A stretch of 64,000 nt of DNA from Amphiscolops sp. MND2022 (Eukaryota): assembly GCA_964187785.1 (NCBI GenBank), contig OZ076409.1, positions 24,492,001-24,556,000 of the forward strand, in the 5' to 3' direction. Below are positions 50,301-64,000 of this stretch, in pieces. The notes under the pieces were generated by a model. That model did not search any database. It was given only the letters and a program-made list of their open reading frames with translations, and was not told the DNA's origin. Position numbers and translations under genes: made by a program. Within the stretch, counting starts at the first letter, position 1; every line of letters starts with the position of its first letter.

Positions 50301-53300
50301 ATTTCGTGTTTTTTTCCTAGAACTAGTTTTGGTGTAGGCTTATGCCAATGATAATTAGCAAAGCGGAAAGTTTTTGTTAGTGATATAAATCACCAGGTCC
50401 TTATCATTACAAGCTTTTCAGAAACGTGTAGAGCAATAGTTGCAAACACGGAAAATTTTGGTATATGCGAAGATGGAACGTGAAATCTACCGAAGTATGG
50501 ATTGTGGCCAAGCCTTTCATATTGTGCCCTTGAGCAATAGGATGTATTTTAGCAACCAATCTTGCCCTGGCTGAGTCAAAAATTTCCACGCTTTTTAAAA
50601 GTTTCGTTTATTCGTTAATTCAGTTTTGCTGAACTTTTTCGGATATAGCTATTGTGAATATGGTGGTTTTACGAATTGCGAATAAAATTAACGATGCCTT
50701 TGAGGACACTCCTAATAGAGGGGCGAATCGATGTACTAAGATGGTGTACATGTAGACAAGTATAACTAGACGGCGCCCAATAAAGGCTCGAATTCGATAA
50801 AGGCGGCGTAGCTGAAAAACGAATGAAATCTGTCGAGATGTTGAAACGTTTCTGAAATTCTTTCGTTTCAACTACAAAAATAATAAGTAGTCTTTCGTTG
50901 GGTGCTTCAGGTGGGTGTACCAAATAGCGCTCGGCTCTGCCAAGAATTTCATAACCCACGGGATGTCCTATTTGCAGTTTCTCAAAAAAATGCAGTTTAC
51001 CGTTTTCTTCTCACCACTGATAATTCTGAAGTCGCGTGTGTTTTGTAACATTGCGCGGACTGCACTGGGAAGGATTATTGTTGTTGAGCTTTTTATCGAA
51101 AACAGATTGCCTCGAAAATGTGTATAATTGTCGTATGTAGTATAATCAAAACTTGGGAGAAACCATCTACTCATTGCGTATCGTGTTGGAAATACGATGC
51201 TCTAGAGAGCCGTAGGTTCCTCAAGACGGCTTCAATTGGTTACCATACATCGCCTGTCCCCCAACCGAACCCCCCGTATTCAGCGTATAGTTGGTTTTGT
51301 GAAAGCTTCGTATATCGTGTGCAATTCACAGCCTTGGATGCATCCGTTGCGGTAAGCTTTTGGAATTGGTATATTGTCAAAGAAGATGAATTGAAGTCAT
51401 CAAGAATGACAAGTCTCAATCTTGATTTTCCCAGGAGTTCTAATTTTCAGGGAAAGTTGATTGTCAGTGATTAATTTTAAACAAAATTTAGCTCGAAACT
51501 AGCAATCAGTCATCGGATTGGAGGAAACACTTGTCTGTTATGAAGTAGTCCATTTATCCTTACTACTGTTTTTTCACTTTCTATTTCCTCATTTAATCCT
51601 GTCATTTATTATTTCCTCAAAAACACTGTCCTCTGAAATTTACATTGATTGAAGACAATGTTATGAAGCTGATTTCCAAATTTTAGCGCAACATCTCTGC
51701 GTCAACCTACTGACGAATCACCTTTATTATATGGTCAAAAAATTTTGGTTTTTCCTGTGTTTAATGTTCATAATGTTGATGTTAATCTCGTTGGGCATAT
51801 GAAGTACCCGGAGAAAGTGCAAAAATTATGGATATCTTTTTGATTACTATCAACGTACTTTAGATCCTAGTCCAAGCAGCAAATGAATTGACAAGCACAA
51901 TTGTCTTCCTATCAAAAAATCTTCGCCAATCTGTTTGCTAGAAAGGTTTTTGCCGGTAATGGTGATTCGCAGTATCTACTTCGCACGATATTGATAATTC
52001 GCGGGAAACAAAAAATTGAATGTAGATGACAACTACTTTGTTGACAGAAGTCTCCCGTTCCTGCTCCTCAAATCAATCAACGTTCGGTACGATGACTGAA
52101 GTTCATTTCCTCGAAATGACCCATACGTATAGATGAATTTAGATGTAGATGCGTGTTTTCGAAGGCAAATTCATCTGTCTTCCACTTTATTCGATTGTTT
52201 TTTTTCGTTTTTATCATCAAGAGACCGACAACTATTTGCTTTGAAGGCGGTTTTTCTTTCTGATTAACCTGTTTCATGCACCAAGCTTGAGGTTTACTTG
52301 ATGTGATGAATGATTAATGAAACGAGCTAAGTTTTGAATGAAGGATATAACCTTTTTTGTTTGTCCTTTCTAAGGTGGAATATTTAGAAGTCCATTATCT
52401 CTATTTTGTTTCAGTGTTGCTTGTGTTATTAAATAAACCAAATATTTCCTCAGTTTTCTATGCTGCATATTCTCAAAATATTTGCGGAGTGTAAAAGCAG
52501 CGAAAACCTTAATGATGGCTTCATGGATAATTACAATGGAACTACATTTCATCGGTTACCGATCCTGTTTCAATGAAATGTTTTTCACTTTTTTCATGAA
52601 AAGAGAATTCCTTTTGTCAGTGATATTCGGCCACGAAGTTTGATCGGTCAAACTGTAGTTGGTCGGTGAGTTATTGGACGTCATTTTTAGTCGGCGCTTT
52701 TGACAAAAAGTGCTCGACTCTTACAGTGGCTAGTTTTTTTGTCAGACCACAAAGCTCACCCTGTATATCTGACTTTTTAGTGTTGAGATTAATCGGTTCA
52801 CGGAGAACCCAGCGGTCGCGGGTTCCAGTCCCTGCTTCAGCCAGCATATTTCCGTGCTTTGTATTTCATTGAAGAGGATGTGGAGGTTCGAAAATATTGC
52901 GCTGTATCCGAATTTTTGATGCTATATCTAAACTATATTGCTTTTTGCTAAGGAGGAGACGTAGGTTCGAGAAAAAGCGCTGCCATTTGTTCCAAAATGC
53001 TGTATCCGAACTTACGACGTTATATCCGAAGTAAATTGTGTTTTACTATGGAGGAAGCAGAGATCCGAAAATATTGCGCTCTATCCGAATTTTGACGCTA
53101 TTATCCGAAGTAAATTGCGTTTTACCTACGAGGAGGCGGAGGTTCGAAAGAAGTGATCCCATTTGTCCCAACATGCTTTATCTGAACTTTCGACGTTATA
53201 TCACACATGTTTTTGTTAACACGTTTGGGTTATAAAGGAAGTTTTAGGTGAAGCGAAGCCTATTGCCATTCGAGTTTCAGAGACAAATTTCACCTTTTTT

Positions 53301-53989
53301 TCTGCCAGAAGAGTGTGACATTTGCTACCTCTTTCAACTTTAAGACCTTATTTCTGGTCCTCTGTGATAGGTACGCGTTTCTTTTTTCAAAGCAAATTCG
53401 AATCGACTATAGACTGGTCGGTTGAGTTTGAAATCCCATTATCAGCCAGAAGGCCATTAATATCTCTGAAACCATTCGCGATTCTGACATGATGCACTAG
53501 TACTTCTTGATGGCGTTCTCCTGGCGTTCTCCCTCTTGTGGACTTACTTCTCGCTAAAGTCACTTCTTAGTTCTATCCTAAATGATTTGGTGTGAAACTA
53601 TTATTCTTTACAAGCCTCGAGCTAAGCACTTTAGCGCCTGTTTTTATTCGGCGCTTCATCAAGTGAAACGAGACTATAATAGTGACTTTTTTCAATCCAC
53701 ACAAACTGTCCAAAATAGTTCTACAAAGTCCTACGTTATTTTAAGGTGTCAAATTTGACCATTTGGCCCAGGGAACTGAACAATAAAGGGTGTTCCTTTT
53801 TTTCAGCGTAACATACAATAGACTAAAGGTTCCACCTTTCAGTTTTTCCGGAAAATTTTATGTTGCCAGAGGGTCTCCCCTTCTTCTTTTTGATAATTTG
53901 CAACAGAATGGATGTTGAAAAATGACAGAGGGTCCCCCTCTTACATTTTTCGGCACTATGACACTGTTCATTACACTTGCGATAAGCAA

Positions 53990-56900
53990 GTGTTATGGGA
54001 AAGTGCGGGTGCTTTTTTTCCGCGCGACAACTCTCGTTTCAGCCCGCAAGTCGCAAAATTCAGCCGTTCGTGGTCTAGTGATAAGATGCTTGCTTTTCAA
54101 CGCACACTGTTCGTGTTCGAAGCCGTGCGTATGCGCTAATTTTTTTACAACTGTTTCGAAGCAGAAGGTTTCACTTTTTTCGGAACTTGAGACCCCCCCT
54201 TTCGGCTTTGAGGGACTTTTTTTGATTTTTTAATGTCCCCAAAGGGTTCTCCCTTCAATTTTTTGATATTTTGCAACAGAACGAATATTAAAAAATCCCA
54301 AAGGGTCCCTTCTTTCAGATTTTTCGCACTGTGAGACTGTTAGAAATTCTCATTTTTTCGAAAATTTTTCAAAGTCTTCAAAGGGTCCCCTTCAAAGTTT
54401 TGCAAAAGAATGGATGTTAAAAAACTCAAAGAGCCCCCGTTATAGTTTTCGGCATTGTAAGATTTTCCAAAGTGAATAATTTTTGTCTTAAAATTAGGTT
54501 TTCTCAGGCCCAGCACGCTATATCCGATTTTTGTTTGTTTTCAAAGACCGGCGTTTTTTTATGCGACTATTTTTCTAATTTGTTTTCATCGAACCCCCCT
54601 CAATTTTTACTAGAAACGAAACGTTTTGCGAGCATGAAGGACTGCTCAAGGTTTTCGTGCACTTAGCGACTTACCGGAGACCTTCGAAAAATTTTGTCGA
54701 AAAACTTCGAAAGCAATTTTCCTCAATTTTCTGTTTTTTAATGGATTTCGGTTGAGAAAGCTGGGTTTTTTACTGGTTCCAGTTGGAGAAGAATGGTTTT
54801 CGATTTTACCCTTTGTTCTCCGTATGATATTGCTTATTTGGTTTTCTTCAAAAAATTCGCAACTTTCTTCGCAAGTGTTTGCGAAGCACGGCTTCGCCTC
54901 TGTGTCAAAAAAATTTTGTAGAAAATTTTTAAATGTCTCCAAAGGGCCCCCTTCGTTTTTTTGCAACCCGATTTCCAAAGGGTCCGCCCTTTTACAATTT
55001 TTTAAAACTTTAACTTTGCGCTTTTTGAGCCTTAGATATAGTCCGATTTTAGATGTCTTATTTACAATAGCACGTGTGACGCTTGTTTCTGTAGGCCTCT
55101 ACTGTGTGCGGATTAAATTCTGTGGGATTTTTTAAAAACCAGTTGAAGCGTTCACATTGTTTAATCAACTCCAAGGGGTCCCTTTCAAATTTTTTGATGG
55201 TTTGCAACAGAATGGATGTTAAAAAATCCGAAAGGGTCACCCATTTAGCGCGCCGATTCGGTCCAATTTTTTTTGGGTTTTTCGGGTTCTGTAGAAGAAG
55301 ACTTGACGCTATTTTTGAGCCTTAGATATGGCGCCGACTTATACCGACATACTTATATATGGCGCTGTTCCTTGTTTTCTTGTTTTCTTGCGTAGTTGTG
55401 TAGTGGTATTGCTATGATGAAAAAGCATTCAGTGGAGGACACAAGAAAAGAGCGACGATGAGCAATCGGACATTTGTGACTTTGAGCAACTCACTTCGAT
55501 ATCACAGCTTCAAGCCGGCAATCGTTTTACTCTAGCTCATAAACAAGTTGTTTTTTTCTTTTTAAAAAAGTAGGTATAAATTGAACTAAAAGTTTCAAAT
55601 TTCGGGCGACAAAGATCCTTCTCCTCAGCGGGTCTCTTGTGTAAAATCAAAATTGCCAGTTTTCTCTAAATAACCGCTTCATGCTTCTTTGGTAGAAATA
55701 TTGATTGTAGATCGACAAAATTAAACGACAAAACAATCATCTACTTAGGAGACTTGTTTAATAGAGGAAGTTTTGCAGTATATCATACACGCTCAAGTCC
55801 TAAACTGTCGGTAAAATAAATCAGGGCGGCCAATATTCCGGTGCTTCTAACATTGGGAAAAACAAGTGGGATAGATTTTATTCGAAACTTAACTGCCTTG
55901 ACAGAACTGAACGCGGATAGCAGCATACTATATACTACTTCCTTTATTCGAATGGAAAAGTTTTTTCCTTTATTCGAGTTTTCAAGGTTCACTGAGACTT
56001 TCTAGTTTTGTGCTTTTGTTGCAAGATTCAAAATACGAATGTGTTATGGGAAAGTGCGGGTGCTTTTTTTCCGCGCGACAACTCTCGTTTCAGCCCGCAA
56101 GTCGCAAAATTCAGCCGTTCGTGGTCTAGTGATAAGATGCTTGCTTTTCAACGCACATTGTTCGTGTTCGAAGCCGTGCGTATGCGCTAATTTTTTTACA
56201 ACTGTTTCGAAGCAGAAGGTTTTCACTTTTTCGGAACTTGAGACCCTCCCTTTCGGCTTTGAGAGACTTTTTCGATTTTTTAATGTCCCCAAAGGGTTCT
56301 CCCTTCAATTTTTTGATATTTTGCAACAGAACGAATATTAAAAAATCCCAAAGGGCCCCTTCTTTCAGATTTTTCGCACTGTGAGACTGTTAGAAATTCT
56401 CATTTTTTCGAAAATTTTTCAAAGTCTTCAAAGGGTCCCCTTCAAAGTTTTGCAAAAGAATGGATGTTAAAAAACTCAAAGAGCCCCCGTTATAGTTTTC
56501 GGCATTGTAAGATTTTCCAGAGTGAATAATTTTTGTCTTAAAATTAGGTTTTCTCAGGCCCAGCACGCTATATCCGATTTTTGTTTGTTTTCAAAGACAG
56601 GCGTTTTTTTATGCGACTATTTTTCTAATTTGTTTCCATCGAACCCCCCTGAATTTTTACTAGAAACGAAACGTTTTGCGAGCATGAAGGTTTTCGTGCA
56701 CTTAGCGTCTTACCGGAGACCTTCTTCGAAAAATTTTGTCGAAAACTTCGAAAACAATTTTCCTCAATTTTCTGTTTTTTAATGGATTTCGGTTGAGAAA
56801 GCTGGGTTTTTTACTGGTTCCAGTTAGAGAAGAATGGTTTTCGATTTTACCCTTTGTTCTCCGTATGATATTGCTTATTTGGTTTTCTTCAAAAATTCGC

Positions 56901-59900
56901 AACTTTCTTCGCAAGTGTTTGCGAAGCACGGCTTCGCCTCTGTGTCAAAAAAATTTTGTCGAAAATTTTTGAATGTCTCCAAAGGACCCCCTTCGTTTTT
57001 TTGCAACCGGATTCCCAAAGGGTCCGCCCTTTTACAATTTTGAAAACTTTAACTTTCCGCTTTTTGAGCCTTGGATATAGTCCGATTTTAGATGTCTTAT
57101 TTACAATAGCACGTGTGACGCTTGTCTCTGTAGGCCTCTACTGTGTGCGGATTAAATTCTGTGGGATTTTTTAAAAACCAGTTGAAGCGTTGACATTGTT
57201 TAATCAACTCCAAAGGGTCCCTCTCAAATTTTTTGATGGTTTGCAACAGAATGGATGTTAAAAAATCCGAAAGGGTCACCCATTTAGCGCGCCGATTCGG
57301 TCCAATTTTTGGGGGGTTTTTCGGGTTCTGTAAAAGAAGACTTGACGCTATTTTTGAGCCTTAGATATGGCGCCGACTTATACCGACATACTTATATATG
57401 GCGCCGTTCCTTGTTTTCTTGTTTTCTTGCGTAGTTGTGTAGTGGTATTGCTATGATGAAAAAGCATTCAGTGGAGGACACAAGAAAAGAGCGACGGTGA
57501 GCAATCAGACATTTGTGACTTTGAGCAACTCACTTCGATATCACAGCTTCAAGCCGGCAATCGTTTTACTCTAGCTCATAAACAAGTTGTTTTTTCATAA
57601 ACCAGTTGGTTTTCTTTGAAAAATTAGGTATAATTTGAACTAAAAGTTTCAAATTTCGGGCGACAAAGATCCTGCTCCTCAGCGGGTCTCTTGTGTAAAA
57701 TCGAAATTGCCAGTTTTTTCTAAATAACCGTTTCATGCTTCTTTGGTAAAAATATTGATTGTTTTCGTAGATCGACAAAAATAAACGACAAAACGATCAT
57801 ATACTTATGAGATTTGTTTAATAGAGGAAGTTTCGCAGTATATCACCCACGCTCAAGTCCTATACTGTCGGTAAAATAAATCAGGGCGGACAATATTCCG
57901 GTGCTTCTAACATTGGGAAAAACAAGTGGGATAGATTTTATTCGAAACTTAACTGCCTTGACAGAACTGAACGCGGATAGCAGCATACTATATACTACTT
58001 CCTTTATTCGAATGGAAAAGTTTTTTCCTTTATTCGAGTTTTCAAGGTTCACTGAAATTTTCTAGTTTTGTGCTTTTGTTGCAAGATTCAAAATACGAAT
58101 GTGTTATGGGAAAGTGCGGGTGCTTTTTTTCCGCGCGACAACTCTCGTTTCAGCCCGCAAGTCGCAAAATTCAGCCGTTCGTGGTCTAGTGATAAGATGC
58201 TTGCTTTTCAACGCACACTTCGTGTTCGAAGCCGTGCGTATGCGCTAATTTTTTTTCAACTGTTTCGAAGCAGAAGGTTTTCACTTTTTTCGGAACTTGA
58301 GACCCCCCCTTTCGGCTTTGAGGGACTTTTTTTGATTTTTTAATGTCCCCAAAGGGTTCTCCCTTCAATTTTTTGATATTTTGCAACAGAACGAATATTA
58401 AAAAATCCCAAAGGGTCCCTTTCAGATTTTTCGCACTGTGAGACTGTTAGAAATTCTCATTTTTTCGAAAATTTTTCAAAGTCTTCAAAGGGTCCCCTTT
58501 AAAGTTTTGTAAAAGAATGGATGTTAAAAAACTCAAAGAGCCCCCGTTATAGTTTTCATCATTGTAAGATTTTCCAAAGTGAATAATTTTTGTCTTAAAA
58601 TTAGGTTTTTTCAGGCCCAGCACGCTATATCCGATTTTTCTTTGTTTTCAAAGACCGGCGTTTTTTTATGCGACTATTTTTCTAATTTGTTTTCATCGAA
58701 CCCCCCTCAATTTTTACTAGAAACGAAACGTTTTGCGAGCATGAAGGACTGCTCAAGGTTTTCGTGCACTTAGCGACTTACCGGAGACCTTCTTCGAAAA
58801 ATTTTGTCGAAAAACTTCGAAAACAATTTTCCTCAATTTTCTGTTTTTTAATGGATTTCGGTTGAGAAAGCTGGGTTTTTTACTGGTTCCAGTTGGAGAA
58901 GAATGGTTTTCGATTTTACCCTTTGTTCTCCGTATGATATTGCTTATTTGGTTTTCTTCAAAAGTTCGCAAATTTCTTCGCAAGTGTTTGCGAAGCACGG
59001 CTTCGCCTCTGTCAAAAAAAATTTTGTCGAAAATTTTTAAATGTCTCCAAAGGGCCCCCTTCGTTTTTTTGCAACCGGATTTCCAAAGGGTCCGCCCTTT
59101 TACAATTTTGAAAACTTTAACTTTGCGCTTTTTGAGCCTTAGATATAGTCTGATTTTAGATGTCTTGTTTACAATAGCACGTGTGACGCTTGTCTCTGTA
59201 GGCCTCTACTGTGTGCGGATTAAATTCTGTGGGATTTTTTAAAAACCAGTTGAAGCGTTGACATTGTTTAATCAACTCCAAAGGGTCCCTCTCAAATTTT
59301 TTGATGGTTTGCAACAGAATGGATGTTAAAAAATCCGAAAGGGTCACCCATTTAGCGCGCCGATTCGGTCCAATTTTTTTTGGGTTTTTCGGGTTCTGTA
59401 AAAGAAGACTTGACGCTATTTTTGAGCCATAGATATGGCGCCGACTTATACCGACATATTTATATATGGCGCCGTTCCTTGTTTTCTTGTTTTCTTGCGT
59501 AGTTGTGTAGTGGTATTGCTATGATGAAAAAGCATTCAGTGGAGGAAACAGGAAAAGAGCGACGGTGAGCAATCAGACATTTGTGACTTTGAGCAACTCA
59601 CTTCGATATCACAGCTTCAAGCCGGCAATCGTTTTACTCTAGCTCATAAACAAGTTGTTTTTTTCTTTTTAAAAAAATAGGTATAAATTGAACTAAAAGT
59701 TTCAAATTTCGGGCGACAAAGATCCTGCTCCTCAGCGGGTCTCTTGTGTAAAATCAAAATTGCCAGTTTTTTCTAAATAACCGTTTCGTGCTTCTTTGGT
59801 AGAAATATTGATTGTTTTCGTAGATCGACAGAATTAAACGACAAAGCAATCATATACTTAGGAGACTTGTTTAATAGAGGAAGTTTTGCAGTATATCACC

Positions 59901-62900
59901 CACGCTCAAGTCCTAAACTGTCGGTAAAATAAATCAGGGCGGACAAAATTCCGGTGCTTCTAACATTGGGAAAAACAAGTGGGATAGATTTTATTCGAAA
60001 CTCAACTGCCTTGACAGAACTGAACGCGGATAGCAGCATACTATATACTACTTCCTTTATTCGAATGGAAAAGTTTTTTCATTTATTCGAGTTTTCAAGG
60101 TTCACTGAAATTTTCTAGTTTTGTGCTTTTGTTGCAAGATTCAAAATACGAATGTGTTATGGGAAAGTGCGGGTGCTTTTTTTCCGCGCGACAACTCTCG
60201 TTTCAGCCCGCAAGTCGCAAAATTCAGTCGTTCGTGGTCTAGTGATAAGATGCTTGCTTTTCAACGCACACTGTTCGTGTTCGGAGCCGTGCGTATGCGC
60301 TAATTTTTTTTACAACTGTTTCGAAGCAGAAGGTTTTCACTTTTTCGGAACTTGAGACCCCTCCTTTCGGCTTTGAGAGACTTTTTTCGATTTTTTAATG
60401 TCCCCAAAGGGTTCTCCCTTCAATTTTTTGATATTTTGCTACAGAACGAATATTAAAAAATCCCAAAGGGTCCCTTTCAGATTTTTCGCACTGTGAGACT
60501 GTTAGAAATTCTCATTTTTTCGAAAATTTTTCAAAGTCTTCAAAGGGTCCCCTTCAAAGTTTTGCAAAAGAATGGATGTTAAAAAACTCAAAGAGCCCCC
60601 GTTATAGTTTTCGGCACTGTAAGATTTTCCGAAGTGAATAATTTTTGTCTTAAAATTAGGTTTTCTCAGGCCCAGCACGCTATATCCGATTTTTGTTTGT
60701 TTTCAAAGACCGGCGTTTTTTTATGCGACTATTTTTCTAATTTGTTTTCATCGAACCCCCCTCAATTTTTACTAGAAACGAAACGTTTTGCGAGCATGAA
60801 GGTTTTCGTGCACTTAGCGACTTACCGGAGACCTTCTTCGAAAAATTTTGTCGAAAAACTTCGAAAACAATTTTCCTCAATTTTCTGTTTTTTAATGGAT
60901 TTCGGTTGAGAAAGCTGGGTTTTTTACTGGTTCCAGTTGGAGAAGAATGGTTTTCGATTTTACCCTTTGTTCTCCGTATGATATTGCTTATTTGGTTTTC
61001 TTCAAAAGTTCGCAAATTTCTTCGCAAGTGTTTGCGAAGCACGGCTTCGCCTCTGTCAAAAAAAATTTTGTCGAAAATTTTTAAATGTCTCCAAAGGGCC
61101 CCCTTCGTTTTTTTGCAACCGGATTTCCAAAGGGTCCGCCCTTTTACAATTTTGAAAACTTTAACTTTGCGCTTTTTGAGCCTTAGATATAGTCTGATTT
61201 TAGATGTCTTGTTTACAATAGCACGTGTGACGCTTGTCTCTGTAGGCCTCTACTGTGTGCGGATTAAATTCTGTGGGATTTTTTAAAAACCAGTTGAAGC
61301 GTTGACATTGTTTAATCAACTCCAAAGGGTCCCTCTCAAATTTTTTGATGGTTTGCAACAGAATGGATGTTAAAAAATCCGAAAGGGTCACCCATTTAGC
61401 GCGCCGATTCGGTCCAATTTTTTTTGGGTTTTTCGGGTTCTGTAAAAGAAGACTTGACGCTATTTTTGAGCCATAGATATGGCGCCGACTTATACCGACA
61501 TATTTATATATGGCGCCGTTCCTTGTTTTCTTGTTTTCTTGCGTAGTTGTGTAGTGGTATTGCTATGATGAAAAAGCATTCAGTGGAGGAAACAGGAAAA
61601 GAGCGACGGTGAGCAATCAGACATTTGTGACTTTGAGCAACTCACTTCGATATCACAGCTTCAAGCCGGCAATCGTTTTACTCTAGCTCATAAACAAGTT
61701 GTTTTTTTCTTTTTAAAAAAATAGGTATAAATTGAACTAAAAGTTTCAAATTTCGGGCGACAAAGATCCTGCTCCTCAGCGGGTCTCTTGTGTAAAATCA
61801 AAATTGCCAGTTTTTTCTAAATAACCGTTTCGTGCTTCTTTGGTAGAAATATTGATTGTAGATCGACAAAATTAAACGACAAAACAATCATCTACTTAGG
61901 AGACTTGTTTAATAGAGGAAGTTTTGCAGTATATCATACACGCTCAAGTCCTAAACTGTCGGTAAAATAAATCAGGGCGGCCAATATTCCGGTGCTTCTA
62001 ACATTGGGAAAAACAAGTGGGATAGATTTTATTCGAAACTTAACTGCCTTGACAGAACTGAACGCGGATAGCAGCATACTATATACTACTTCCTTTATTC
62101 GAATGGAAAAGTTTTTTCCTTTATTCGAGTTTTCAAGGTTCACTGAGACTTTCTAGTTTTGTGCTTTTGTTGCAAGATTCAAAATACGAATGTGTTATGG
62201 GAAAGTGCGGGTGCTTTTTTTCCGCGCGACAACTCTCGTTTCAGCCCGCAAGTCGCAAAATTCAGCCGTTCGTGGTCTAGTGATAAGATGCTTGCTTTTC
62301 AACGCACATTGTTCGTGTTCGAAGCCGTGCGTATGCGCTAATTTTTTTACAACTGTTTCGAAGCAGAAGGTTTTCACTTTTTCGGAACTTGAGACCCTCC
62401 CTTTCGGCTTTGAGAGACTTTTTCGATTTTTTAATGTCCCCAAAGGGTTCTCCCTTCAATTTTTTGATATTTTGCAACAGAACGAATATTAAAAAATCCC
62501 AAAGGGCCCCTTCTTTCAGATTTTTCGCACTGTGAGACTGTTAGAAATTCTCATTTTTTCGAAAATTTTTCAAAGTCTTCAAAGGGTCCCCTTCAAAGTT
62601 TTGCAAAAGAATGGATGTTAAAAAACTCAAAGAGCCCCCGTTATAGTTTTCGGCATTGTAAGATTTTCCAGAGTGAATAATTTTTGTCTTAAAATTAGGT
62701 TTTCTCAGGCCCAGCACGCTATATCCGATTTTTGTTTGTTTTCAAAGACAGGCGTTTTTTTATGCGACTATTTTTCTAATTTGTTTCCATCGAACCCCCC
62801 TGAATTTTTACTAGAAACGAAACGTTTTGCGAGCATGAAGGTTTTCGTGCACTTAGCGTCTTACCGGAGACCTTCTTCGAAAAATTTTGTCGAAAACTTC

Positions 62901-64000
62901 GAAAACAATTTTCCTCAATTTTCTGTTTTTTAATGGATTTCGGTTGAGAAAGCTGGGTTTTTTACTGGTTCCAGTTAGAGAAGAATGGTTTTCGATTTTA
63001 CCCTTTGTTCTCCGTATGATATTGCTTATTTGGTTTTCTTCAAAAATTCGCAACTTTCTTCGCAAGTGTTTGCGAAGCACGGCTTCGCCTCTGTGTCAAA
63101 AAAATTTTGTCGAAAATTTTTGAATGTCTCCAAAGGACCCCCTTCGTTTTTTTGCAACCGGATTCCCAAAGGGTCCGCCCTTTTACAATTTTGAAAACTT
63201 TAACTTTCCGCTTTTTGAGCCTTGGATATAGTCCGATTTTAGATGTCTTATTTACAATAGCACGTGTGACGCTTGTCTCTGTAGGCCTCTACTGTGTGCG
63301 GATTAAATTCTGTGGGATTTTTTAAAAACCAGTTGAAGCGTTGACATTGTTTAATCAACTCCAAAGGGTCCCTCTCAAATTTTTTGATGGTTTGCAACAG
63401 AATGGATGTTAAAAAATCCGAAAGGGTCACCCATTTAGCGCGCCGATTCGGTCCAATTTTTTGGGGGGTTTTTCGGGTTCTGTAAAAGAAGACTTGACGC
63501 TATTTTTGAGCCTTAGATATGGCGCCGACTTATACCGACATACTTATATATGGCGCCGTTCCTTGTTTTCTTGTTTTCTTGCGTAGTTGTGTAGTGGTAT
63601 TGCTATGATGAAAAAGCATTCAGTGGAGGACACAAGAAAAGAGCGACGGTGAGCAATCAGACATTTGTGACTTTGAGCAACTCACTTCGATATCACAGCT
63701 TCAAGCCGGCAATCGTTTTACTCTAGCTCATAAACAAGTTGTTTTTTCATAAACCAGTTGGTTTTCTTTGAAAAATTAGGTATAATTTGAACTAAAAGTT
63801 TCAAATTTCGGGCGACAAAGATCCTGCTCCTCAGCGGGTCTCTTGTGTAAAATCAAAATTGCCAGTTTTTTCTAAATAACCGTTTCGTGCTTCTTTGGTA
63901 GAAATATTGATTGTTTTCGTAGATCGACAGAATTAAACGACAAAGCAATCATATACTTAGGAGACTTGTTTAATAGAGGAAGTTTTGCAGTATATCACCC
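53990..64000 (+). repeat. Tandem array of a ~2.05-kb unit (4 full copies plus 1 partial; continues past the window)
   Basis: Unit start GTGTTATGGGAAAGTGCGGG at 53990, 56041, 58101, 60154, 62192; each unit contains a HINE-like body and 3' end. Confidence 0.97.

Noticed and set aside
47400..52600. Short ORFs in AT-rich sequence
   Set aside because: No recognisable domains or coherent exon signals; treated as intronic
53912..63430. Recurrent 60-127-aa ORFs in the tandem array
   Set aside because: Phe/Lys-rich translations of AT-rich repeat; frames change between units through indels

Overview
Repeat-rich, AT-rich eukaryotic (animal) genomic DNA with one 200-N assembly gap (22968-23167); no prokaryotic features. 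(1) 1-14456 looks like one large, decayed Ty3/Gypsy LTR retrotransposon entered within gag: gag with two CCHC knuckles, a TTTAAAC -1 frameshift site, and PR-RT-RNaseH-IN. An unusually long (~7.8 kb) 3' accessory region follows, then a candidate TGTAA...TTACA 3' LTR. That region carries an antisense, intron-containing gene resembling a BED-finger hAT transposase, a divergent intact 352-aa ORF, and three related 31-32-nt TATGCGG arrays. (2) 14.5-23 kb is a nest of LINE remnants (CR1/L2-like; a CRE-type PHD-RT-RLE element) and modular MITEs. (3) The only host gene recognised is a cGMP-dependent protein kinase (PKG/PRKG-type): coding exons 25614-25996 and 36936-37102 on +, whose introns apparently occupy the rest of the window. 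(4) These introns hold Helentron/DINE-like non-autonomous elements, foldback/MITE elements, a second Gypsy fragment and a ~2.05-kb tandem array (53990-64000). All family calls come from motif recognition by eye, not database searches.
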